Positions 50,874-62,694 of a DNA stretch of 64,000 nucleotides are shown in pieces. Origin of the DNA: Antedon mediterranea. Taxonomy: Eukaryota; Animalia; Echinodermata. The stretch is from assembly GCF_964355755.1 (NCBI RefSeq), contig NC_092677.1:19738101-19802100 (forward strand), written 5' to 3'. The position numbers and the translations under genes are program-made. How positions within the stretch are numbered: the stretch's first letter is position 1; each line of letters starts with the position of its first letter. The notes beneath the pieces are model-generated. The model made no database searches and had not been told where the DNA came from. It worked only from the letters and a program-made list of their open reading frames with translations.

Positions 50874-51499
50874 AGTAGCCTTAGCCTTATCGGCTATCTT
50901 AGAATCGGTGTAATCGACTGTTGGTTTGTAGAATCATACTGATGAAAACTGTACTAAATTCTCTCAATCAAGATTGTAGAAGTGAGAGAGTTCAGCGCTT
51001 TGAAAACTGATAGGCCTACTGATAATTTAACTATACATTCACCCTACATTTATACTAAACAAAATAATTTATTCATGTCAGTTGTAGCGTCCTTTTTGTT
51101 TTATTTTAAAAGGAAACAAAGAATTCTTTATGTAAAACGTAAACCATTTAAATGAAAATAAAACTTAATTTAAAGTTAGAAATAATTATTATTTGTGTTA
51201 CTTTTTTGAATAGTGAAACTAACATCTTGCTTGACGTCACATTCATTCATTGCGAAGCTCCATTGTTAACATTTCCGGAAGAAATTAAGTACATGTTTCA
51301 AATTAAATAACAACTCCATTGTCTTACTTCCTTACCATTGTTTACCATTGTATTAATTATAATAGGATTAACTAATGTCATCCCCTCAAACGCCCTCTAC
51401 GGAGACTGGACCTACATACATTACTACTAATATAGACTCTAGAGTAAACTTTATTAATAAACTCTGTACCATTCTTTAAACAACTTGAATCAGAATACA

Positions 51500-52040
51500 C
51501 AGGGAAGTGCTTGGAATATTGAATATGTAGAGAAGAGACATGGAATACATAGGAAAGAGCTTAAAATATGGAATACATAGAGAAGAGCTTAAAATATGGA
51601 ATACATAGGAAAGAGCTTAAAATATGGAATACATAGGAAAGAGCTTCAAATATGGAATGGAAGAGCTTAAAGAAAAACATAAAGAAGAGATTAAAATATG
51701 GAATACATAGGAAAGAGCTTCAAATATGGAATGGAAGAGCTTAAAGAAAAACATAAAGAAGAGATTAAAATATGGAATACATAGGAAAGAGCTTCAAATA
51801 TGAAAAATATAGGGAATAGCTTAAAATATGGAATACATAGGAAAGAGCTTAAAATATGAAAAAATATAGGGAAGAGCCTAAAATATGGAATACATAGGGA
51901 AGAGCCTCAAATATGGAATACATAGGAAGGAGCTTAAAATATGGAATACATAGGGAAGAGCTTCAAATATGGAATACATTATGGAAAAGCTTTACAATAT
52001 AAACAAAATAGGGAATAGCTTAAAATATGGAATACATGGA
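51500..52040. repeat. 28-bp satellite, right block
   Basis: About 18 tandem ATATGGAATACATAGGAAAGAGCTTAAA units. Confidence 0.93.
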
Positions 52041-53664
52041 AGGATTGAACATTGATTTACATTGATATGAAATAGCTACAAAACATGGCATATAGTTAAT
52101 TACTAGTAGTAGACATCGTCATTTCAGATAAATAAAGGCATTCCATGTTTTCATTTGGCTCGATACTAACCTTTCTTCCTCATCCTCGTTCTCTCCCATG
52201 GCATCATACACTGAATCACTCTTCATTTTCCTTCATATCCATTATTTCTGACTGCTTTTCAAATTCCATCATTATTTTTTGTACTTGTGGTTTTTAGTTC
52301 TGATGTTCTGACGATGGAGTTATCAGATACTTCCCAAAGGAATTATTATTATATTGGTTTTTCAGTTTACATGATTTTTATTTTTACAGCTCACTATGTC
52401 GGTTGGTCGGTTGGTAAACACTAACTTGAGCGCCCAACTGCAGCCATGTATATAACCTTGTTTATAATATAATTACCATTCTGTTGTGCAATAAAGTGTA
52501 GGGTTGATATGCAGCAATCCAAATTAAATGTTGTTCGTAAGGATAAAAACTGAGAGTTGCCAAATTGCGAGTAAACAATGCACGCAATGCATGCAATCCA
52601 CGACAGTAATTCAACGGAACAAATACCAACAAGTGGGAAATTTTGAAAAAAAATAACTGCAAGCGAGACCAACAAGAAGGGAGCAGCAGGCAGACTTGAC
52701 TTTATTTTAGTAGTTAGTACACTAGTATTAGGGTATATTTAGAACAACATAACATAAAATAATGATTTTATTTAAAATTACTCCTCTCTAATGTTTCATA
52801 TGAACATACTAATTTTATATTAAATTATTTAAAATATGACTCGCTTGAATTGCAATTAACATGGTCACGTGGGCCGTTGACTCCAATGAATCCATGGCTT
52901 GCAGTTTGTTAAAACCCTCCGCTCGTGTGAGGGCGGGTATCCATGCTCTGTTAAAAAATTTCCAATGCAAAAAATCGAAATCGCGGATTGCTCGCAATAA
53001 TGCTCGTTGATGATGTTCTCGAGTTGTCAGCAAGGACATATTATTAGCTGGCTTTCCCCGGCCCTCCTTACGACAGACACGTGTAAAACAAATACAGGTA
53101 GCCTAGACCTAAGTCTATTTTACGTACCTAATCAACAAGTACGCTATTCGTGAATATGACTGCCTTTGCAGGTAAATATTATTTGGTTGGAAAAAGCAAC
53201 AGTTCGTCAAGTTCGTATAGCTAGGCTAGTCAGACTACTGGTACTGCTGCATGCTGTACTGACTGACTCCTGTAAGCTGTACTGACTGACTCCTGTACTG
53301 TGTCTGTAATAATAGGCTAGTATAGGCTAGTACTAGAGTAGTAGTAGTACTACTAGTAGTAGTAATAGTAGTAGTAGTAGTAGTAGGACATGTAACGCCA
53401 AATTAGGTTTCACTGCCAAATTAGGTACCGAACTTAATTTGGCGTCTAAGGCGGCAAATTAGGTACTACTAGGCTACTATTGCAAAATTAAGTTCTGTCA
53501 TTTTTTAAAATACAGTACACTACAGTTTTTATAAAACAAACATAGACCGGCAGCCCAGAGACATTTGGTTAGATGAGCTAGGTACCAATATCTCACTATT
53601 TAAGTGTGTTGGTTGGGGGTCACTTTAAGTCAATGAAAATGGGAGTCTGCCGGGTACCCCCTGC

Positions 53665-54258
53665 GGTTTACAGCCGAAACGGCCGCCGACTGAAACGGCC
53701 GCCAATTAAAACAAAATTGAATGTATGAAACGCCGCGTGTGCCGTTTGTCATACAACGTGTAATCAAAACGACGTGTGGTTTAATACAATTGTTTTACTT
53801 TTTTTTCAGATTGAAATGACTTTAGACGTACATGTGACTTAATAAATATTAACAGATAGATGTTTTTAATTATTTATGTATTATTATGTTTATCGTATAA
53901 TAATGGATATTGTGTAAACATAGTTGGGTTTTTTTATATATTTTTTAAATGTATACAGTAAAAGTGTAAGGAAAAGAATTAAAATTGGACAAAATACAGT
54001 ATTTGTTTGAATACGTTAAATAAATTTAGAATGGTGAATTATTATAATAAACGTTATTTTAATAAAAACTTAACTAAAAATACGTATATTCTTTGATTTT
54101 ATACTTAAACATATATTGGTTGGTTTCATTTATTTGTTCCTCCATCGTGGTTTCATAGGCTTTACTGTACGTTTATAATACTGCATTGGCTTGTTTGTAG
54201 CTGCGGCGGTATTGGCGTCCCATAGAAAATGTTGGCGGCCGTTTCGGTCACACACACC
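53665..54258. mobile_element. nested MITE with TSD of at least 7 bp (CCCCTGC)
   Basis: GGTTTACAGCCGAAACGGCCGCC / GGCGGCCGTTTCGGTCACACACACC flanked by CCCCTGC on both sides. Confidence 0.7.
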
Positions 54259-54489
54259 CCCCTGCTGCGTCTAGACCGGGGGACCCCGAAACGTGCTAAA
54301 AAATTGACCCCGGTTAGATGAGAGAGATACCACCTAATTTTACCACCATGGGATGCCCATTGGCATCCTTATACCAGTATCACAAACGACAGACTTTTTC
54401 TCTGCTGCAAAAGGCCTGCCAGACCACCCCCCCCCCAGGGAGGGCTTAAAATGGGGTTAGCACAGATGAGTGAGGTACCACTCAAAATT

Positions 54490-56697
54490 AATAGTCCGGC
54501 AGCATTTGTATTTTACTTCATATATTTAGCCAAGTTTGATTTTTCACTTTTAAGTGATCAAGGACATCACAACGACCAACTTCCAACTTGTTGTCCAAAT
54601 TCTAAATGCGTTTTTCATTCGTTGGGGGCGCTTTTTCAAAATGGCCGCTTATGCTACCAAGTACTTATATCTCGGCAACCACTAATCGTAGAGACTTGGT
54701 TTTAATCTTAGAATGTTCGTAAGGTACATATTTCTATTTACTCTAATGGAACATTTTGACCAGAAATGACTGGAAATGCCATTTCTGACCATTTGACCTT
54801 TGACCTTCTATCATCATTTCTCGGTAACTAATGGTCACACAGACTTGAAATTTGTTTCAAATTGTTCGCAGTATGCCTTTTTATATTTACTGTAATTAAA
54901 TGTTTTGTTTTAAAGCAAACAGAAATGCCATATCTGACCTCTTGCCCTAATGCATGTAATATCCACAACTGAGAGATTATAGATTTGTCTAGTATTGTTT
55001 ATAACTTGTACCGGTACTTGTTGTTGATGATATCAAAATCAATATTTCAAATCACCAATGGAACTGTTATAATAAATAAATACATACCATAAATATTGAT
55101 GATAGTCAGATTACCCTCTCCAGTCAATAAAGTTCATCAATATCGTCTACTAGCTCTACATTCGAGTCCTTTGTATTCTCACATCCATCACCACACTCAT
55201 ATAAATCAGTACAGAGCAAGTTGTTTTTCTTATTACAACTACAGCGATTTGTTGAGCATGAGCCATTGCAGGTACATCGACGAATTTCTAGAAGAGCTTC
55301 TGGTGCTGGTGGATTGTTGCAAAATACCGGCTTCAAGTGACAACCATTTTTCTATAGGCCTATACATACAACGTACATTTCTAGTTTAACAAAAACATTT
55401 TTCTAAACTTTCTATTATTTAAAAGTCGAAGATAGCCAGGTCTCGGGTCCATTCTATTGTCGCCACAGATTGATATCTTCATCAGTACTTCTATGAATGG
55501 ATGATTAGGTGGGAACACGAACGCTAGTTGATCATACCCAGTACCGTTTTGATCGTACGATTAATCGGGAAACCACCTCACGACATTATACAGGCCTAGG
55601 TGCCGACATAGATCTCTAGTGGGAGTTAACCATCATAGTCATTCCTCACATTCAAAATCTTTCCTGTAACTAACAACCCATTCCTTTTTCTATACATCCT
55701 ATACTACTTATTTATATCCTACCTTTATACCTATGTTATTTTCGCTCTACTACAATGTACGATACACTTATTATCTTACATGTATCACACAGTACACAAC
55801 TTGTCATCGCGCACATTGTATACGCTAGCATTTCATTCTAATACGCTCACGCACTTTATTATCGAACATACTTTTAAACCAAACCAAAACCATACAACGA
55901 CAAGACATCCATCGATTCAGTTCAAAACAATTTTTAGGTAAATTTTGAATTAATTATTATTTTCTATCAATTCTACCATTTTCATATAAAGATATTGTGG
56001 AACCACGTCAGGTCAAGTTCAATATTGAATATCGAAACGTGGCAGGCTGAAGGCGCTTGACCTTTGACAAGATCGCCTAAATTTTTAGTTTTTAACTTTA
56101 CAATACTTAGTGTTGTATATTCTGGTACAGCCGCTCCATGATCTCTTTGCTTTTCTTCCTTATATCTTTACTCTTTTTAAAAGTTTTACTAACGATTTTT
56201 ATTTTATTTTATTATAGGCCTAGGCTATTTATATTTTTGCTTTATGTACACGACAACTAACGATCAAATAACAGTTTTTCACATCGCAACTTATACAACG
56301 TAATTTTGAAAACTACAACCATTTTTCTATAGGCCTATACATACAACGTACATTTCTAGTTTAACAAAAACATTTTTCTAAACTTTCTATTATTTAAAAG
56401 TCGAAGATAGCCAGGTCTCGGGTCCATTCTATTGTCGCCACAGATTGATATCTTCATCAGTACTTCTATGAATGGATGATTAGGTGGGAACACGAACGCT
56501 AGTTGATCATACCCAGTACCGTTTTGATCGTACGATTAATCGGGAAACCACCTCACGCCATCTTGGATTTCTCGAAGAGCACAAGGAGGATTTTACAGGA
56601 CTTTTAGTATGATGTTCCAATCATAGTTCTGGACCTTTCCTGCAAAAATTAGCTTGTTACCAGAAATGTCCGGGTCAAACCCTAATGCTCTTGGACT
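54490..56697 (-). mobile_element. Academ-like DNA transposon remnant with C-terminal Cys-rich (CXC-like) domain
   Basis: ORF 55124-55336 PPAPEALLEIRRCTCNGSCSTNRCSCNKKNNLLCTDLYECGDGCEN; candidate termini TAGTCC.. and ..GGACTA; CAAAATGGCCGC and TTTGACCTTTGACC motifs. Confidence 0.55.
55340..56557. repeat. apparently identical 243-bp direct repeats (55340-55582, 56315-56557) flanking 732 bp
   Basis: Direct comparison of the two copies by eye; no TG..CA ends. Confidence 0.9.
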
Positions 56698-56769
56698 AAA
56701 ATGAACAAGTTGTGTTCATACAATACTAAATGGATAACAGCAGACTAATTGTCTGCTGCATCGCAAGTG

Positions 56770-57172
56770 CCAGACACCCTAAAGTTAGACTAGAGACCCC
56801 CCTTCCCCCAACTAACCCAGCTTATTTAATGTAGATACCACCAGCAACCAATGTTATATGATTTAGCACATTGTAAGCAATACCAAATGACCTATTACAG
56901 ACTATCTGTACACTGCCTTGGCCCTGGCAGACCCCTCTAAAGTTAGACTAGAGCCCTCCCCCACCCCTCCACACCCTTTCCCCAACTATCCCAGCTTAGA
57001 TATTGTAGATACCACCAGCAACCAATGTTATATGATTTAGCACATTGTAAGCAATTACCAAATGACCTATTACAGACTAGTACACTGCCTTGGCAGACCC
57101 CTCTAAAGTTCGACTAGAGACCCAATTTACCCAAAGTATGGCGTAGCTTAGATATTGTAGATACCACCAGCA
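56770..57172. repeat. about 2.5 tandem copies of a 170-190 bp unit
   Basis: Repeated CTAAAGTTAGACTAGAG..TGTAGATACCACCAGCA blocks. Confidence 0.75.
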
Positions 57173-57566
57173 GCAAAAAAAAACACCTAAAACAACATGT
57201 TTAATTGAATAAAGTTTAACTTTAATCGAAACAATGGAAAATATATCACATCAATGATGACGATAAAATGACCATTACCATTCTAAAGGAAAAAATAGTT
57301 TAAGAGTTTCAATTAAAACTTATAACTTATATAACAAGTACGGATTTAGCATTTAGCATTCCTTGCCTTTGGATGTCAAAGATACATTTGTCTGTAACAG
57401 TGTAACTCTTGGACCTATTTTAAGAGAAAGCTTAGTAATCACCTTAATCAAATTCACGATTGTAGTAACTTAATCTAAAGTGATTTGACTAATAGTGGGT
57501 AATTTTAAATGCTGTATATTATAATCTTAATCCTGTATTCATATTTATATATATATATTTATATAG

Positions 57567-57960
57567 ATGATTTTTAAGTTGAACAATGGCTTTGCGTTCT
57601 TCTTTCGTGATTTAGGTGTTTTAGCACTACGGAGAATATTAGCCATGCGTGATCGGAGACTAGCTGTGTTGTTGCCTGTGATTTTGCTGCAGGCATATTC
57701 GGTCACTACAATTTAGTCGTCCTCGGGTATTTTGCTGGATTACGGTGCAAAATTTAAGACTTTCGCTAACACACTAGATTGTGAATTTGTCAACTTGTAC
57801 TTGAAGAGATTTACGACCTATTTTTTAAGATATGCACCTCCTAAATTAGGATTATCATCAGAATTATGCAAAACTGCGTTGTGTAGCGATGTAATTTTTT
57901 CACCTGCCTCCGTTTGTTTTTCTAGAATTTGTTCTTTCCTTTGGCGCTAAAACGAGTAGT
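57567..57960 (-). mobile_element. Penelope-like retroelement remnant (region upstream of RT core)
   Basis: Manual minus translation VVNLFKYKLTNSQSSVLAKVLNFAP*SSKIPEDD*IVVTEYACSKI..ASLRSRMANILRSAKTPKS/KEERKAIVQLKN resembles the Penelope VVNLS..L...VL.KGLNFAP....N.TKEE.KAL..LK pattern. Confidence 0.75.
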
Positions 57961-59752
57961 CTTCTTTTCCAGCTGCTTAGAAAGGGGTCGTAGGCTTCCC
58001 ATCATGCATGAGTCGAGTTTACTATATTTTTCGATGACAGTACCTTTTATACCCTAAAATTGTAAATTTTCGTCGTATGTTTCAGTTATAATGGTTTAAT
58101 TTCATACAATGAGTAAAGATTATTAGGTTAGAAATACTCAGATTAATAAATTTTTTTTCAGTTTTGTTTATTTTGAAATAAATAATATCAATATTTAAAA
58201 ACATGATTAGCTCGCCACGACGACGTGCTGCAAAATTAGGTGACCTAGCCTTACGTGATACAGACCACGCGAACCTAATTTGGAAATTTCACTTAATTTG
58301 GCGTTACAGGGCATAATATGACCAGTTGGGCCGCAGGTGATTACTATAAAACGCTCAGTGCACAGTCCTACTAAACACCACCAGATGCCTACCAGATCAA
58401 ATCCTACCACCAGAAAGCTTAATTCGGTCGGGAACTGATAAAATTGTCGATTGAAGTTGAATCCCAGAATCGAATGCATTTGATCATCATATAGTATTAC
58501 AAAACAAACGTTCATCCGTGTCTATATTGTGTATTGTATTCAGCGGTAAGGCGTTACCAATGTATTTATTTGTTCAAATAAATTCTTTTCTGTGCATTAT
58601 AACATTTATACTTTATTTCATTCCAGACCAACAGCGAATCATCACCACTAACAGGCTGGTTAAAATCTTTGAAAAAACTATGTTAGATAACAAATTTAAA
58701 TCATTAAAACAAGATGACATTTTTTTTAATGAAACAATAGAATTGACTAGTACGGTCCGATTCCAGTAAATCCGACACACCGTTCTGTCAGTAATGGTAT
58801 TCTGTTTAATAATGCGTGTGTCTTTTTGATCATCTAAAATTGTACCCTAAGTATTTATTCAGAAACAATCCAAATTTTATCATTTTCGATTTTCATGTAA
58901 TTATCCTTCCAAAAGTCGGTTGTCATTTAAAATTCGTTTACGCAATCTGGAGAAAATGTACAAAGACATCTTCCAAAATTGGTACAAAAATACTAAAGCA
59001 CAAAATTGATGAAGGCTATTTTTGCAAAACAAGGTTTAATTGGATGCAAAGATGAAAATGATTTTGTTTGATCAACATTTCTGGAAGCTGTTAAATTTTA
59101 GATACGAATTCATGTAAACATTTTGCATATCGGATGTTCTGATGTCATCATATGGCCAGTTTGCGTCATAGTTCATCACATTAAAGAGCATGTCCAAATT
59201 AAGGTTAATAGGTTGTTGCTCGGATAATTTCCTTCCAAATTGCTATCTTCGTGTTTCATTTTGATGACATGATCATGTTAAAAATTGGAATAAAAGACAG
59301 GTCTCGTAATTTTATCTATGCTAAACTGTATGTAGTATGTATATAGTGTATACTGTTTAGACACAAAATGGAGAGCACACTAACATTTTATTTTCTTCAG
59401 GTCATAATGGCATAATCTTTTTTGAGTGCGCAATATTCTAACGTGTGATGTGCATGTGGCGTTTGTCGTGCGGATAACTAACTCGTCGAAGTGACTAGTT
59501 CAAATCTAGTTTTTATTATTTGTGGGCGAAAATTTCTTATTTTTTACACATTTGTGGCCAATGGTCGTTTTCACATTGGTTGCCGCTGTTTTCACATTTG
59601 TGGGTGATGTGTTTTCACATTTGTGGGTGATGCGTTTTTTATATTTGTGGTTGTTTTCACATTTTTAAGCATTTTCACATTTAGGGGTTCAACCCCGTTG
59701 CCCCTTCCAATGTTGAGACTCCCTCCCAGTTACTGTTACATAATTGAAATAA

Positions 59753-61310
59753 CTAGATGGCACGCTCGCTTCGCTCGCGTACCATCTAGGTCGTGCCCAC
59801 AGATGGTTCTCGAATACACAGTATTTCCAGCGAGAAAAAAATGGAGATTTCAAATGTACGTACTGCCGGACTATAATACATTGTCGTTTACAGAAACGAA
59901 TAAATATACACAATGATTTATGTAGTCAGCTAAAATTAGCACCCTGGGAATTACTTCCGAGAGAGAAACAAAATGAGTCAATTTTTTTTATTTGGACTCA
60001 TTTAAACAAACCCAATTTGTGTTTTGTATGTAACATTAAGGGTTGAGGGATGGGGGAAGAAGATAGGTACAAAGAGGAAACATTTTAAAATATATTCTTA
60101 TCCACTCGGTAACGAAATATTGTTTTTAATGTTTTATAGGCCTATAAATAATATACCACTAAATACAGTAAAACATTTACGATTTAATACGGTACTTTGT
60201 TAAAACTCTCACTGTCATAGTCGATTGAAATAGTAAAGTACATGTAACGATACACCACTACGACGTTTATATATTTTTAAATTATTAATTAATACAAACG
60301 TTGAGAAGCAACTGTCAGTAATAACGTTTATTTATTTGTATATTATATGTTTATAATCTAACAGTAGGGCCTACCCACATTCACAGTAATAAAGTTTATT
60401 TGTATATATTTTTATATTACATCTAACAGTACCAACACTCACAGTAAGAAATTTGCGATTCAAATTGCGATCAAAAGTGGTTAATACCTTAACAGTATTG
60501 TACAGCATTGCAATACTATTTATGTTTATTCTCCAAGGGGGCCCATAAATCTAAATCTATACCTCTATGGTTAAACCAAATAATTTGGAATGTTTATTTG
60601 TATATTATATGTTTATAATCTAACAGTAGGGCCTACCCACACTCACAGTAATAAAGTTTATTTGTATATATTTTTATATTACATCTAACAGTACCAACAC
60701 TCACAGTAAGAAATTTGCGATTCAAATTGCGATCAAAAGTGGTTAATACCTTAACAGTATTGTACAGCATTGCAATACTATTTATGTTTATTCTCCAAGG
60801 GGGCCCATAAATCTAAATCTATACCTGTATGGTTAAACCAAATAATTTGGAATGTTCCATTCATCACAAATCAATACATTTGTAAAAACGTATATTAAAT
60901 GTATCAAAATAGTATTTTTTAAAGAAAATCGGCCTGTCTTCAACATTATGATGGTGTACTCTAGCTGTTCAACCGGTTTTCAGCTATTAAAAACAATTAT
61001 CGTAGGAGGAGATAGGAAAATGCGAAGCCTCCTCGCATTTTTGTGGCGGGTATTTTTCAAGATGGACATCCATTATACAGTGTATACCACGGTCGGAAAA
61101 CACCCCTATTTGGGGCAAATCTTGGAACCTAAATTCGTTTTAACCGTCAATAACTTATTATCTAACTTAATTTAATTAGTAAACAGGGTTACATCAGGTG
61201 GTTAAAATCAGTACCGAAAGTACGAACCAACTTTATATACCATCGAGTAAAAATTATAGAAGTAAGGCGCGATTTACCGAATTTTGCCCTTACGTAAATT
61301 TATATATAGA
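59753..61310 (-). mobile_element. non-autonomous Helitron-like element, copy 2 (inverted)
   Basis: Reverse complement of 47741-49493; TC start at 61310, CTAG end at 59753, A|T insertion site. Confidence 0.85.
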
Positions 61311-61341
61311 TACTGTATGTCTTCTATTGGAAATTGAGTCT

Positions 61342-61579
61342 CTAGTCCGGGTCCTCATGTATTTCCGTAGGATTTTAATGCCCAAAGTGAGATTTTACTT
61401 GATTTCACCTTATTTTGGTGCCAGGATACCAAAAATGCTAGTTAACAAATGTTCACAATCCCGTAACCATGGTAACAACCCTAAGTTCAAAATGGCGACC
61501 AAATGGCTATATCTCCATAACCCTTTGGTCTATTGATATTGGTATCAAAATACTCGGAATATATATATTTATATTCGTT

Positions 61580-61611
<32 letters not shown>

Positions 61612-62120
61612 AATGCAACCGGAAATGCTATTTTTCTGTACTATTGACCTTGACTAGTACTGTATCTTAAAAACGGCTGGTCATAACAATTTTAAAATGG
61701 TCTCAAATTGCTTAGACCTTATATATTTATATTTATTGTAATGCAATATTTTGTTAAAAAATGTCTGGAAGCAACGTTATTGACCTTTGACATAGAGAAT
61801 AGCTTATAAGGACTTTTATTCAGTTGTCTCTGGTCATATCTTCAGAACCTTTTGTCTATTGAAAAGATATTGGTATCAAAATACTCGGAATAAATATATT
61901 TATGTTCGTTCTAATAGACCATTTTGACTAAATGTGATATGAAATGCTATTTTTCTGCGCTATTGACCCTTGACCTTGACTCGCACTGTATCTAAAAAAC
62001 GGCTAATTATAGAAATTTAGAAATGGTCTCAAATTGCTGAGACCATACATATTTATATTAATTTTAATGCAACATTTTGTTAGAAAATGACCGGAAGTAA
62101 AGTTATTTTGACCTTTAAAC
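61342..62120. mobile_element. Academ-like terminal fragment with an internal duplication of about 330 bp
   Basis: Starts TAGTCCGGG; CAAAATGGCG and TTGACCTTTGAC motifs; GATATTGGTATCAAAATACTCGGAATA at about 61535 and 61866. Confidence 0.4.
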
Positions 62121-62694
62121 ACAAACTTTATGTATAAGCATTTATCTATTTGAGCATGTATCAGCAGTTGTTTGTGGTGGGATTAAAAAATGGGTTTATA
62201 CATGATTATTATCATTTGAATATCTAATTTCTAATTCACATATTTAGTTTTTATATATTATTATATAAATATAATATACTTTATATTGTCAGTAAGCACA
62301 TTTATCTATGTAAACAAATTTGGACAATAGTAAAAATTACAGCAGAAATTTATTGCACTGTATTCATTTTACTTCCATCCATTTCACTAAAATGACGTAG
62401 TAAAATTGATTCTTCCTGCACTTTTCCTTAAAATGACAATTGCTATACTTTTTACATTTTTGGAGCTCCAAAATTGGATTAAAACATCCTTAATTACATC
62501 AACTTTGCGATCCGCGGCTGCTGACACAAACCGATATCTTTTCTCCTTTCAGCCCACAGGTATCAGGAGACATCAGCGGAATTCATCCAGATGAGCACCA
62601 TGAAATAATATGTTCTTGTTATGAGTTTTTAAAATAGGTATTGTTTTATTGTCATGTTATTTTATATTGTAATTATGATGTATTTGAAGACGAG

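Larger units (their letters stand above)
42040..51428 (-). mobile_element. decayed Polinton/Maverick (adintovirus-like) element, interrupted by a LINE and a Helitron
   Basis: Integrase N-terminus at 43934-43693, PC4-like gene at 50873-50440, acidic ORF at 50223-49541 and small basic ORF remnants at 42060-42420, all intronless on the minus strand. Candidate terminus ..ACTACT at 51423-51428 (AGTAGT on minus) preceded by CCATTGT short repeats. Left boundary uncertain. Confidence 0.7.
53391..58308. mobile_element. TIR-bounded DNA transposon shell of about 4.9 kb filled with nested insertions
   Basis: TGTAACGCCAAATTAGG..CCAAATTAGGT at 53391 and its inverse ACCTAATTTGG..TAATTTGGCGTTACA ending at 58308; TSD not resolved. 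Confidence 0.6.

Noticed and set aside
52421-53039. GIY-YIG or other protein-coding remnant
   Set aside because: Short ORFs without a convincing motif.
53330-53386. (AGT)n as a second Polinton terminus
   Set aside because: It is a plain TAG microsatellite with no similarity to the sequence inside 51428.
55440-55500. Functional hammerhead ribozyme
   Set aside because: CTGATGA is present on the minus strand, but the GAAA core and stem II geometry are not intact; kept only as a hint.
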